Assembly: GCA_038117265.1 (NCBI GenBank)
Contig: JAYOFO010000008.1
Location: 287 to 64,286, forward strand
DNA length: 64,000 nt
Origin: Rhodospirillaceae bacterium
GTDB taxonomy: Bacteria > Pseudomonadota > Alphaproteobacteria > UBA6615
Reading direction: 5' to 3'
A model generated the notes under the pieces. The model did not search any database, was not told the origin of the DNA, and worked only from the letters and a program-made list of their open reading frames with translations. Each line of letters begins with the position of its first letter. Position 1 is the first letter of the stretch. A program made the position numbers and the translations under genes. This document shows, one piece after another, positions 30,177-40,338 of this stretch.

Positions 30177-33170
30177 ATGCCCATGAGCTTCGCGTTCGCG
30201 CCAGACCCCGACCAGTTGCCCCGATCGGCCGACAACGATCGAATCGAACGAGGCTTTGACAGGTTTCGCGAAGCGGCCGCCCGTGCGCCGGAAACCGAGC
30301 GGTGCGCGCGCGACGTCGTCGCAGACCCGCATTTGAAGGCCCTTCTGGCGGGGGTCTTCGGCAACAGCGGCTTCCTGAGCCAGTGCCTCGCGCGCGACAT
30401 CGAATTCGTGCCGCGAATCCTCGTCGACGGGCCCGATGCCGCCTTTCAAAGCGTGCTGTGCGAGCTCGCCGCACGCGATCCGGAGGCCTCTCTCGCCGAC
30501 ACCGCGGTGGCGCTGCGCCGGGCCAAGCGCCAGGTTGCCCTCCTCACCGCGCTTGCCGACCTGGGCGGTGTCTGGCCCCTCGAAACTGTGACCGCGACCC
30601 TCAGCCGGTTCAGCGCCCACGCGCTCTCGATCGGCTGCGCCACGGTGCTGCGCGAGGCCGCACGACGCGAGCGCATTCGGCTGCCCGACGCGGCACGACC
30701 CGAGGACGGCTCGGGGTTCATCATCCTGGGCATGGGCAAGCTCGGTGCCCATGAACTCAATTATTCGAGCGATATCGACCTGATCGTCCTCTTTGACAAC
30801 CAGACCGCACCGGTCACCGACCCCGGCGACATGCAGCAACAGTTCGTCCGCATGACACGCGATCTCGTCAAGCTGATGGAGGAACGCACCGGCGAGGGTT
30901 ACGTGTTCCGGACGGACCTGCGCCTGCGCCCCGATCCCGGCGCGACACCCGTCGCCTTGTCCACCCTGGCCGCGGAGACCTACTACGAAAGCCTCGGCCA
31001 GAATTGGGAACGCGCGGCGATGATCAAGGCGCGGCCGGTCGCCGGCGACATCGCGGCCGGCGAAGCATTCCTCGATCTGCTGCAGCCTTTCGTCTGGCGC
31101 CGGCACCTCGACTTCGCAGCGATCGAGGACATCCAGTCGATCAAGCGGCAGATCCACGCCCACAAGGGCGGCAGCACCGTCGCGGTCGCCGGCCACAACG
31201 TAAAGCTGGGCCGCGGGGGAATCCGCGAGGTCGAGTTTTTCGCCCAGACCCAGCAGCTCATCTGGGGCAGCCGGGATCCCAGCCTGCGCACGCCCCACAC
31301 CGTGCCGGCCATCGAGGCGCTGGTAACGGCGGGGCGGGTCGCGCGCCATGTCGCCGACGACATGATTGCCGGTTACCGTTACCTGCGGCGCCTCGAGCAT
31401 CGGCTGCAAATGGTCGACGACCAGCAGACCCACTCCCTGCCCGACACGGACGAAGGCCTGGGTTCGATCGCTGCCTTCATGGGCTACCCCGACCGGGATG
31501 CCTTCGAGGCCGAACTGCTCGGCCACCTGCGTACGATCGAGAGCCACTATGCGGACCTGTTCGAGGAATCCGCATCGCTGGGCGGGCGCGGCACGCTGGT
31601 GTTTACCGGCGGCGAGGACCACCCGGACACGCTGAAGACCCTCACCGAGATGGGGTTCTCCGATCCCGAAGGCATCTCGGCCGCGGTGCGCGCCTGGCAC
31701 CATGGCCGCCACCGCGCCACGCGCAGCACCCGGGCCCGCGAGATCCTGACGGAACTGATGCCGGCACTGCTCGAGGCGCTGTCGCAGACCGCGAACCCGG
31801 ATAATGCGTTCCGGCGCTTCGACACGTTCATCGCGGGCCTGCCGGCCGGGGTGCAGCTCTTCTCGCTGTTCCAGGCGAACCCGTCGCTGCTCCACCTCGT
31901 CGCCGAGATCGCCGGCGGTGCACCGCGGCTCGCGGAATGGCTGCAACGAAACCCCTTGCTCCTCGACGGCGTGCTCGATTCCGACTTCTTCGACGCGTTG
32001 CCCGACGCGGCCCAGATGCAGACGGAACTTACTGCGCGCCTTTCCGAGGCCCGCGACATGCAGGACGTGCTCGATATCGCGCGCCGTTGGGCGAACGATG
32101 CCAAGTTCCAGGTCGGGGTCCTGATCATGCGAAACACGATCGGCATCGACCGGGCCGACCGCGCCTTTTCCGACATCGCCGACACGGTCATTGGCGCGCT
32201 GCTGCAGCCGATCACGAGCGAGTTCACCGCGCAGCATGGCCGCTGCGCCGGCGATGGCCTTGCGGTGCTGGCGCTCGGCAAGCATGGCGGGCGCGAGCTG
32301 TCGGCGACTTCGGACCTCGATCTGGTGTTTCTCTACGATCTGCCGCCGCACGACGGCGACGCATCGCCGGCGTCCGACGGCGCCAAGCCCCTGTCGGCAC
32401 CGCACTATTACCAGCGGCTCGGACAGCGGCTCATCAATGCGCTGACGGCGCTCACCGGCGACGGCCGGCTCTACGAGGTCGATATGCGTCTGCGTCCCTC
32501 GGGAAACGCCGGACCGCTGGCCGTCAGCCTGGATGGCTTCGCCGATTACCAGCGCGAGAGCGCATGGACGTGGGAGCACCTGGCGCTGACCCGCGCGCGC
32601 GTGGTCGCGGGCGAGCCCTCTTTCGCCGGGCGGATCGGCGATGCGATTCGCGAGGCGCTGTGCGCCAAGCGCCCGGCCGACGAACTGCTTGTCGCCGTGG
32701 CCGACATGCGCGCGCGCATGGCCGCCGAGCACGCGGCCCCCGGCCCCTGGCACGTCAAGCATGTGCGCGGCGGGCTCGTCGACTGCGAGTTCATCGCCCA
32801 GTACCTGCAGCTTCGCCACGCCCACGAGCACCCCGAGATTCTGTCCACCGGGACCGTGCAGGCATACAAAAACCTCGCTGAATCAGGCATCCTCGAACGC
32901 AAGGCGGCAGATGAGCTGATCGCGGCGACACGACTCTTGCGCCGCCTGCAGGGTCTGCTGCGCCTGACCATCGAGTGCGATCCCGATCCCGAAGCGATTC
33001 CGCCGCCGCTGCGCCGCCAACTCGCCCTGGCCGGCGATGCGGAGGACTTCGAAGCGCTCGAGGCGCAGATGCGCGCGACCGCAGAGCTCGTGCACGGCCA
33101 CTTCAACCGGTTGATCGACGAGCCCTCGGCGGGCATCAAGGCGAACCAGACAGACAGCAAGGACGAGTAG
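30177..33170 (+). CDS. glnE: Bifunctional glutamine synthetase adenylyltransferase/adenylyl-removing enzyme GlnE
   Basis: Two nucleotidyltransferase domains (SDIDLIVLFD and SDLDLVFLYD); start assigned to internal MPMSFAF. Confidence 0.85.
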   Translation: MPMSFAFAPDPDQLPRSADNDRIERGFDRFREAAARAPETERCARDVVADPHLKALLAGVFGNSGFLSQCLARDIEFVPRILVDGPDAAFQSVLCELAARDPEASLADTAVALRRAKRQVALLTALADLGGVWPLETVTATLSRFSAHALSIGCATVLREAARRERIRLPDAARPEDGSGFIILGMGKLGAHELNYSSDIDLIVLFDNQTAPVTDPGDMQQQFVRMTRDLVKLMEERTGEGYVFRTDLRLRPDPGATPVALSTLAAETYYESLGQNWERAAMIKARPVAGDIAAGEAFLDLLQPFVWRRHLDFAAIEDIQSIKRQIHAHKGGSTVAVAGHNVKLGRGGIREVEFFAQTQQLIWGSRDPSLRTPHTVPAIEALVTAGRVARHVADDMIAGYRYLRRLEHRLQMVDDQQTHSLPDTDEGLGSIAAFMGYPDRDAFEAELLGHLRTIESHYADLFEESASLGGRGTLVFTGGEDHPDTLKTLTEMGFSDPEGISAAVRAWHHGRHRATRSTRAREILTELMPALLEALSQTANPDNAFRRFDTFIAGLPAGVQLFSLFQANPSLLHLVAEIAGGAPRLAEWLQRNPLLLDGVLDSDFFDALPDAAQMQTELTARLSEARDMQDVLDIARRWANDAKFQVGVLIMRNTIGIDRADRAFSDIADTVIGALLQPITSEFTAQHGRCAGDGLAVLALGKHGGRELSATSDLDLVFLYDLPPHDGDASPASDGAKPLSAPHYYQRLGQRLINALTALTGDGRLYEVDMRLRPSGNAGPLAVSLDGFADYQRESAWTWEHLALTRARVVAGEPSFAGRIGDAIREALCAKRPADELLVAVADMRARMAAEHAAPGPWHVKHVRGGLVDCEFIAQYLQLRHAHEHPEILSTGTVQAYKNLAESGILERKAADELIAATRLLRRLQGLLRLTIECDPDPEAIPPPLRRQLALAGDAEDFEALEAQMRATAELVHGHFNRLIDEPSAGIKANQTDSKDE

Positions 33171-33171
33171 C

Positions 33172-33637
33172 CATGAGCGTGAACGAAGGCGACAAGGCCC
33201 CGGATTTCAAGATGCCGACCGACGGCGGCGGCGCGGTCAGCCTGAAGGCCCTCAGGGGCCGCCCGGTCGTGCTCTATTTCTACCCGAAGGACTCCACGCC
33301 GGGCTGCACCACCGAGGCGTGCGCCTTCCGCGACCTGATGCCGGACTTCGCCAAGATCGATGCCGAGATCGTCGGCGTTTCCAAGGACAGCGTGAAACGC
33401 CACGACAACTTCAAGGCCAAGAACGCTTTGCCGTTCAGCCTCGCGAGCGACGAGGAGAGCAATGTCTGCGAGCGTTATGGCGTGTGGGTCGAGAAATCCA
33501 TGTACGGGCGCAAGTTCATGGGGATCGAGCGTACGACCTTCCTGATCGATGCCAAGGGCGTGGTGCGCCGGGTCTGGCGTAAGGTCAAGGTCTCCGGCCA
33601 CGCCGACGAGGTTCTCGAGGCAGTCCGATCCCTCTGA
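33172..33637 (+). CDS. bcp: Peroxiredoxin Bcp (thiol peroxidase)
   Basis: KAPDF..., peroxidatic Cys context YPKDSTPGCTTE and resolving ACAFRD. Confidence 0.8.
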
Positions 33638-33711
33638 ACGGAAACCCCGCCTCGCTGGTCGCCGGGGCCGCCGCCGTCCTGGGCGAACCCGATGTCGCCG
33701 CCAAGTGCCGG

Positions 33712-34452
33712 ATGACGCACGAACTCTCCGCGTCCTGGCAGGGCGGAGGCCTGCCCGTCGGGGCTGCGCAGGTCCTGCCCGACCGTCCGGCCCGGGCCGA
33801 CCGGCTCGTTCTGTTGCCGCCGGCAGACGTGCCGCGCCGGCGGATCAGCCGCGGGACCCGGGGACGTGCCGCTCTGCTGCACGCGCTCGCGCACATCGAA
33901 CTGAACGCGATCGATCTGGCGTGGGACATCGTCGCGCGTTTTGCCCCCATGGGGTTGCCCCACGGCTTCTTCGACGACTGGGTGCGCGTCGCCCATGAAG
34001 AGGCAACGCATTTCGAACTGCTGACCACACGCCTCGCCGAACTCGATACCGCCTATGGCGACCTGCCCGCCCATGACGGGCTCTGGGACGCTGCGGTCTC
34101 GACCGGGCACGATCTTGCGGCCCGCCTGGCGGTGGTCCCGCTCGTGCTGGAAGCCCGCGGCCTTGACGTCACACCCGCGATAATCGAACGGCTGCGCGCC
34201 GTCGACGACCACGCCAGCGCCGCGGTGCTGGAGGTCATCTATCGCGATGAGATCGGCCATGTCGCGATCGGGCGGAACTGGTTCGAACATATCTGCGCCG
34301 AACGCGGCTACGAACCCGAAACGCAGTGGCAGAATCTCGTCGAGACCTGTTTCCGCGGCGTGCTGAAACCGCCCTACAACGTCGACGCACGCACGGCGGC
34401 CGGGTTTCCCGAGAGCTGGTATATGGGGATCTCGGCCTACATCGACGGCTAG
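33712..34452 (+). CDS. DUF455 ferritin-like domain protein
   Basis: Helical ferritin-like residues (HIELNAIDLAWD, HEEATHFELL, EARGLDVTP, DEIGHV); no in-frame start upstream of ATG 33712. Confidence 0.55.
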   Translation: MTHELSASWQGGGLPVGAAQVLPDRPARADRLVLLPPADVPRRRISRGTRGRAALLHALAHIELNAIDLAWDIVARFAPMGLPHGFFDDWVRVAHEEATHFELLTTRLAELDTAYGDLPAHDGLWDAAVSTGHDLAARLAVVPLVLEARGLDVTPAIIERLRAVDDHASAAVLEVIYRDEIGHVAIGRNWFEHICAERGYEPETQWQNLVETCFRGVLKPPYNVDARTAAGFPESWYMGISAYIDG

Positions 34453-34718
34453 AGGCGATGGCGCACGCAGGTGACCGCCAGAAGGTCCGTTCCGTCGGAG
34501 CCGATGGCACGAATTCGAATGGCCTGCTGCGCACCGATCAGATCCCAGACCTGGGCATGGGACGCCGGACACACGCTGGCGAGGCTCGCGGACTGGAGGT
34601 CGGCGGGCAGGCGCGCAAAGTCCTTCCGGCGTTCGCCTGACACGCGCAGACGCACCTCGATCCGCGATCCGTCCGATGTCACCCCCTCGACCGCACCCGC
34701 GCGCTGCGGGTTTCGGTC

Positions 34719-34922
34719 TTAGTAGACGCCCAGATAATCGGCCGCGACATCGAGGCGCGACATGGCCGGCGCCTCGCCGTCGACCGGATAGACGTAGAAC
34801 CTGTAGGCGATGAGCGAGGCGATCACCGCCAGACAAACTGCGGTGAGCGGCTTCATGGGAACCCAGAACCCGCCCGGCGGACCACCGTCATAGACCTGGC
34901 GCATCCGGGTCGGGGGTTGCAT
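34719..34922 (-). CDS. Small hypothetical membrane protein downstream of prfB
   Basis: Hydrophobic segment MKPLTAVCLAVIASLIAYRFYVY; likely real start at the internal Met; no homology recognised. Confidence 0.25.
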   Translation of the reverse strand: MQPPTRMRQVYDGGPPGGFWVPMKPLTAVCLAVIASLIAYRFYVYPVDGEAPAMSRLDVAADYLGVY

Positions 34923-34928
34923 GGCCGG

Positions 34929-36084
34929 CTAGTCCGCCTCTGCCGCGTCGGTTTCGCCGCTTCCGGTCGACGCCTCGCCGCCACCGCGCCCCACCCGTGC
35001 GGCAAGCGAGGCTTCGAGATAGCGATCGATATCGCCGTCCAGGACGGCCTGGGCATTGCCGGTTTCCACGCTCGTGCGCAGGTCCTTCACCATCTGGTAG
35101 GGGTGCAGCACATAGGACCGGATCTGGTGTCCCCACCCGATTTCGGTCTTCGAATCCTGCTCGGCCTGCGCCTCTTCCTCGCGCTTCTGCATCTCGTGCT
35201 CGTAGAGGCGGGCACGCATCATCGCCATCGCCTGCGCGCGGTTGCGATGCTGCGAACGATCGTTCTGGCACTGGACGACGATCCCCGTGGGGATATGGGT
35301 CAGGCGAACCGCGCTGTCGGTCTTGTTGACGTGCTGACCGCCCGCACCCGACGCCCGGTAGGTGTCGACCCGCAGATCCTTGTCCTCGATCTCAATCTCG
35401 ATCGCATCGTCGATCACGGGATAGACCCAGACCGAGGCGAAGCTGGTGTGGCGTCTGGACTGGCTGTCGAAGGGCGAGATGCGGACCAGGCGGTGGACGC
35501 CGGACTCGGTCTTGAGCCAGCCATACGCGTTGGGCCCGTTGATCTGGAACGTCGCCGATTTCAAACCCGCCTCTTCGCCGGCGCTTTCCTCGATCCAGTC
35601 GACCTTGTAGTCGTGCGCCTCGGCCCAGCGCAGGTACATGCGCACCAGCATCGACGCCCAGTCCTGGGATTCGGTGCCGCCCGCGCCGGCGTTGATCTCG
35701 ATGTAACAGTCGTTGCCGTCGGCTTCGCCCGAGAGCAGGCTTTCCAGTTCCAGCTTCTCGGCCCGCGCCTGCAGCCCCGCTATGGCCGCCTCGCCCTCGT
35801 GCACGACATCGTCGTCGTCCTCCGCCTCGCCGAGCTCGATCAACGTGATCGCGTCTTCGAGCTCGCTCTCGAGACCACGGACCTGCTGCACGGATTTCTC
35901 GAGCCGGGTGCGGTCGCGCAGGAGCTTCTGCGCGTGTTCCTGATCGTCCCACAGGCACGGATCTTCAGCCTCGGCATTCAGCCGGTCGAGGCGTTTGAGT
36001 GCGCTGTCCCAGTCAAAGATGCCTCCGCATGAGGCTCAGGGAGTCTTCGATCGATTCCACCAGATGGCTTATTTCCGCACGCAT
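34929..36084 (-). CDS. prfB: Peptide chain release factor 2 (PrfB) with programmed +1 ribosomal frameshift
   Basis: Frame 0 [23 protein letters not shown] ends at in-frame TGA inside CTT TGA C (36018-36012), preceded by SD-like GGAGG; +1 frame continues [12 protein letters not shown]... through GGQ motif [19 protein letters not shown] is join(36084..36016,36014..34929). Confidence 0.9.
36007..36024 (-). promoter_or_regulatory. RF2 autoregulatory +1 frameshift site (GGAGG-CAT-CTT-TGA-C)
   Basis: Sequence cGGAGGcatCTTTGAC on the minus strand; the E. coli equivalent is AGGGGGtatCTTTGAC. Confidence 0.85.
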
Positions 36085-36168
36085 TGTACTTTCCGATGAT
36101 CGTGACCCGGTTGTGCGGGCCGTGCGCGGCGAAGCCTAGCGCCCGCACCCCGCCCGTCAATAGTCCGT

Positions 36169-38583
36169 TCAATAGATGCCGCGCCGCTGCCCCGGCCCCT
36201 CGCCAGGCAGGCCCGTATTGCCGTCGATGACCGAGCCGAGTTCGCGCGGCGCGGTATCGGGCTTGAACGCCTCCAGAAGGGTCGATCGTTCGCCCGGCAG
36301 CGCGACCAGGCCGGTGTCGGGATTGACGCGCACCAGCTCGATATCGGGCGGCACCCGGAACGGGATGACGGGGCGCCCCTTCAGGGCACGTTCCATGAAA
36401 TCCTTGAAGATCGGCGCGGGGACCGAGGACCCGGTTTCGCGCGGGCCCAGGCTGCGCGGCTCGTCGAAGCCGACGAACACCCCGACCACCAGGTCGGGCG
36501 AGAACCCGATAAACCATGTGTCGAGCGAATCGTTGGTCGTACCGGTCTTGCCGGCCAGCGGTATCCCGAGCTGGGAAATTCGCCGTGCCGTGCCGCGATC
36601 GACCACGCCCTTCAGCATGTTGACCATCTGGTAGGCCGTCCCGGCATCCAGCAACCGCGCGCGCGGATCGGGCAGGATCGGCGGCGGCTGGTCCGCCCAG
36701 GCCGCGACGCGGCACGCGTCGCATTTGCGCATGTCGTGACGGAACACCGTCGCCCCGGCCCGGTCCTGGATGCGGTCGATCAGGGTCGGCGTGACCTCCT
36801 TGCCGCCGTTCACCACGGTGGCATAGGCGGTCACGATCCGCATCAGCGTCGTCTCGCCGGCGCCGATCGACATGCCGAGCTGGCGCGGCAGGTGATCCAC
36901 GACCTTGAGCCGTTCCGCGTATTCGGCGACCCGCTCCATACCGATCGTCTGCGCCAGGCGCACGGTCATCAGGTTCCGCGACTTCTCGATGCCCAGCCGC
37001 ATCGGGCTCGGTCCATAGAACGTCTTGCTGTAGTTGGCCGGCTTCCACTTGCCCTGCCCCGGTCCCTGGTCGATCACGAACGGCGCATCGAGGATACGCG
37101 TCGAGGGCGTGAAGCCGCTGTCGAGGCCCGCGAGATAGACAATCGGCTTGAACGCCGAACCCGGCTGCCGCCAGGCCTGCGTGGCCCGGTTGAACTCGCT
37201 GGCGGCAAAATCGAACCCGCCCGTCATGGCCAGGACCCGGCCGGTATGGGGATCGAGCGCGACGACCGCGCCGTTGATGTCCGGAACCTGTTCCAGCCTG
37301 TAGGTCCCCGGCGGATACGGCTTCTCCTCGCTGTCGGCCGCGACCGGCGAGACCAGCACGACGTCGCCGGGTGCGAGCACCTCATCCGGCGTCTTCACCG
37401 CCGAACCACGGCGTTGCCCTTCGAGCCACTTGCGGGCCCATTTCATTTCGTCCAGCGGTATCCGACCGGTCGACCCGTCGACGAAGCCGATCGTGGCGGA
37501 CTGTGCATCGAGTGCCACGACGGCAGCGGTTTGCCAGCCCGCGGCTCCGGGCGGCACGGCGAGCTGGGGCAGCGCTTCGCGCCAGGCGGCGGGATCGGCC
37601 AGCCGCCTCACGGGCCCGCGCCAGCCATGCCGGCGGTCGTAGTCGACCAGCCCGGCGTGGAGCGTCTCCTGTGCGATCTGTTGCAGACGGGGATCGAGCG
37701 TCGTGCGAACCGACAGCCCCCCCTCGTAGAGCGCATTGTCACCGAACCGCTCGACCAGCTCGCGGCGCACCTCTTCGGCGAAATACGGCGCCTCGACATA
37801 AGCCTCCGCGCCCGAGCGCACGACGGCGATCGGTCGCGTGCCGAGTTCGGCGACGAGGTCGGGCGCAATCACGCCGTCCTCGGCCATGCGTCCCAGAACG
37901 TAGTTGCGCCGCGCCATGGCGGCTGCGGTGTTGCGCACGGGATTGTAATTGTTGGGCGCCTTGGGCAGTGCCGCCAGGAATGCCGCCTCCTCGACGGTAA
38001 GCTGGTCGAGCGGCTTTCCGAAGTAATTGAGCGCCGCGGACGCCACCCCGTAGGCCCCGAAACCGAGATAAATCTCGTTCAGGTACAGCTCGAGGATCTC
38101 GTCCTTGGAGAACGCCCGTTCCATGCGGAACGACAGGATCGCCTCGCGCACCTTGCGCTCGATGGAGACCTCCTTGCTTAGGAGGAAGTTCTGTGCCACC
38201 TGCTGGGTGATCGTGGACGCGCCTTCGGGCCGGCGGCCCGACCCCAGATTGCGCAGGTTCGCAACGACCGCGCGCATCACGCCCACCACATCGACGCCCG
38301 GGTGAGAGTAGAAATTCTTATCCTCGGCGGACAGGAAGGCCGCCTTCACCAGCTCGGGGATGGTGTCGACCGGAACGAAGACACGGCGCTGGACAGCATA
38401 TTCGGCCAACAGGCTGCCGTCGCCCGCATGCACGCGCGTCGTAACGGGCGGCTCATAGTCCGCGAGCTGGGAATAGTCCGGCAGGTCGCGGCCGTACTCC
38501 CAGAACACCCACAGGACTCCGCCGACCGCAAGCAGTCCGCAGAACAGGGCGGTTCCCGCCAGATATCCCAACCAGCGCAGCAT
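36169..38583 (-). CDS. mrcA: Penicillin-binding protein 1A (bifunctional transglycosylase/transpeptidase)
   Basis: N-terminal TM anchor, GT51 motifs (EDKNFYSHPGVD, ITQQVAQNFLLS), transpeptidase SAFKP and KTGTTND motifs. Confidence 0.9.
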   Translation of the reverse strand: MLRWLGYLAGTALFCGLLAVGGVLWVFWEYGRDLPDYSQLADYEPPVTTRVHAGDGSLLAEYAVQRRVFVPVDTIPELVKAAFLSAEDKNFYSHPGVDVVGVMRAVVANLRNLGSGRRPEGASTITQQVAQNFLLSKEVSIERKVREAILSFRMERAFSKDEILELYLNEIYLGFGAYGVASAALNYFGKPLDQLTVEEAAFLAALPKAPNNYNPVRNTAAAMARRNYVLGRMAEDGVIAPDLVAELGTRPIAVVRSGAEAYVEAPYFAEEVRRELVERFGDNALYEGGLSVRTTLDPRLQQIAQETLHAGLVDYDRRHGWRGPVRRLADPAAWREALPQLAVPPGAAGWQTAAVVALDAQSATIGFVDGSTGRIPLDEMKWARKWLEGQRRGSAVKTPDEVLAPGDVVLVSPVAADSEEKPYPPGTYRLEQVPDINGAVVALDPHTGRVLAMTGGFDFAASEFNRATQAWRQPGSAFKPIVYLAGLDSGFTPSTRILDAPFVIDQGPGQGKWKPANYSKTFYGPSPMRLGIEKSRNLMTVRLAQTIGMERVAEYAERLKVVDHLPRQLGMSIGAGETTLMRIVTAYATVVNGGKEVTPTLIDRIQDRAGATVFRHDMRKCDACRVAAWADQPPPILPDPRARLLDAGTAYQMVNMLKGVVDRGTARRISQLGIPLAGKTGTTNDSLDTWFIGFSPDLVVGVFVGFDEPRSLGPRETGSSVPAPIFKDFMERALKGRPVIPFRVPPDIELVRVNPDTGLVALPGERSTLLEAFKPDTAPRELGSVIDGNTGLPGEGPGQRRGIY

Positions 38584-38678
38584 GATGGCCTAGGTCTACC
38601 CCAAATTCGGTCCGGAACCGAGCCCACAGGCCCGACGATGTCCAGGTTGCAACGCGATTGTGGCGTGCTTGTGGTGGC

Positions 38679-39920
38679 TCAGGGCCGCAGCGCGGCGCTC
38701 TGGGTCGTGCGGAAATACTCCGAAACCGCGCGCACAATCGAGTCCGAAAGTTTCCGGCGGTGGCTCGCCGAGACCAGGAGTTTCTCTTCGTGCGGGTTGG
38801 AGATGTAACCCAGTTCTATCAGGACGGACGGGATGTCCGGCGCCTTCAATACCGCAAATCCCGCAGACCGCCATGGCCGTGTCAGCAGCGACGCGTTGGG
38901 TTTTACCGATGCCACGAGAATGTCGCGTGCAAACTTCACCGAAAGTTCGTTCGTCTTCGCCTGCGCGAAGTCGATCAGGATGTTTTGGATGTCGTCGCTG
39001 TAGTCGCCGAGGTCGACGCCGCCGATCACGTCGGATTTGTTTTCCAATGCCGCCAGCGCCGCCGCTTCCTTGTCGGACGCCTTGTCGGAGAGCGTGTACA
39101 CCGAAAAACCCCGGGTCGCGCGGCGGGGATGCGTGTTGGCGTGCAACGAAAGGAAAAGGTCGGCACCCGCAGCATGCGCGATGCGGACGCGTTCCCGCAG
39201 CGGCAGGAAAATGTCGCGATCGCGCGTCATCACCACCTTGTAGCGGCCATCGGCTTCGAGGCCACGGACCACCTCGCGGGCATAATCGAGCGCAATATTC
39301 TTCTCGTAGACCCCCGACACCCCGATCGCGCCGGGATCGACGCCGCCATGGCCCGCATCGACGACAACAACCGGCTTCGCATTGGGTCCCGCAGGCACGG
39401 CCACGGGCGGCGGCGCCGCGGCGACCCTGGGCGGCGCCTCGCCGGGACGCATCGTCGCCACGAAGTCGCTCCGCGTCGTCTCCACGAGATCCAGGACGAG
39501 GCGCCAGGGCTTGTCGCCGTCGGGCTTCAGCAGGAAGTGGCGCGCAACCTTGGAAGGCTTGTCGAGATCGAGCACAAACCGGCTCGTTCCAGGCCGGAAC
39601 AGGCCGTAGCGCAGTTTCATGATCAGGCCGGCACCGTTACCGATCCGTTCCTCGGGGAGCACGAAATTCACTTCCGGCAGGTCGATCACCACGCGATACG
39701 GGTCGACGAGGCCGAATATCCGCGGCTCCAACCGGTCGCTCAGATCGACCACAAAACGCGTTCCATCCTCGCGCAGGCCGATTCGGATGTCCTTCACCTC
39801 GAGGCCGGCCGCGCCCGCCGGCACCGGCGCCGATATCGCGCCCATCGCCATGGCGAGAACCACACCGAACCCTGCCAGGATCCGTGGAAAACTCGATATT
39901 CTTTTCAGAATCAATGACAT
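38679..39920 (-). CDS. N-acetylmuramoyl-L-alanine amidase (AmiC-like, Amidase_3) with N-terminal AMIN-like domain
   Basis: Signal peptide, VVVDAGHGGVDPGA...SLHAN Amidase_3 core; start at MSLILKRISSF (ATG 39920). Confidence 0.85.
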   Translation of the reverse strand: MSLILKRISSFPRILAGFGVVLAMAMGAISAPVPAGAAGLEVKDIRIGLREDGTRFVVDLSDRLEPRIFGLVDPYRVVIDLPEVNFVLPEERIGNGAGLIMKLRYGLFRPGTSRFVLDLDKPSKVARHFLLKPDGDKPWRLVLDLVETTRSDFVATMRPGEAPPRVAAAPPPVAVPAGPNAKPVVVVDAGHGGVDPGAIGVSGVYEKNIALDYAREVVRGLEADGRYKVVMTRDRDIFLPLRERVRIAHAAGADLFLSLHANTHPRRATRGFSVYTLSDKASDKEAAALAALENKSDVIGGVDLGDYSDDIQNILIDFAQAKTNELSVKFARDILVASVKPNASLLTRPWRSAGFAVLKAPDIPSVLIELGYISNPHEEKLLVSASHRRKLSDSIVRAVSEYFRTTQSAALRP

Positions 39921-40338
39921 CCTGATTCTGTATATCGCCATCGCGCGATGCGCTGCAACTGCGTTCGTTCGGTATTTTGTCCGATCAAATCCATTGTCGA
40001 ACCATCGGGCGAGCGCTAATGTAAATGCGCGAACACCCGCGAATTCACACAGTTGTGCGATGTTCGTGATCCGTGTGGGGGTTTTCGGTACAGGTTCATC
40101 GACCTCGGTCACCCGCCACGGAAAGCGATCATCGTGCACAGTCAGTTTGCGGTTTGTGCAACTTCGAGCCCGCCGCACGGACTGTTCCGTGCGGGTATTC
40201 GGAAACAGAACCTGCCGTCCTGGTGCGCAATCGCCCGTTCGACGGTGCAGGTACCGATACTGGTCTCGACCAATGAGATCCCCTCCGGCGCCCCCGTTCG
40301 CAAGGCGACGGAACGAGGTGATCGCGGGGACATACACC
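39921..40338 (+). promoter_or_regulatory. Divergent promoter region and long 5' leader of rne (candidate RNase E autoregulatory UTR)
   Basis: 418 nt non-coding gap between amiC-like start and rne ATG, lower local GC and multiple inverted repeats; rne leaders are characteristically long and structured. Confidence 0.45.

Noticed and set aside
38658-39917. 419-aa plus-strand ORF opposite the amiC-like gene
   Set aside because: Arg/Gly/Pro-rich shadow ORF; the minus strand encodes a canonical Amidase_3 protein.
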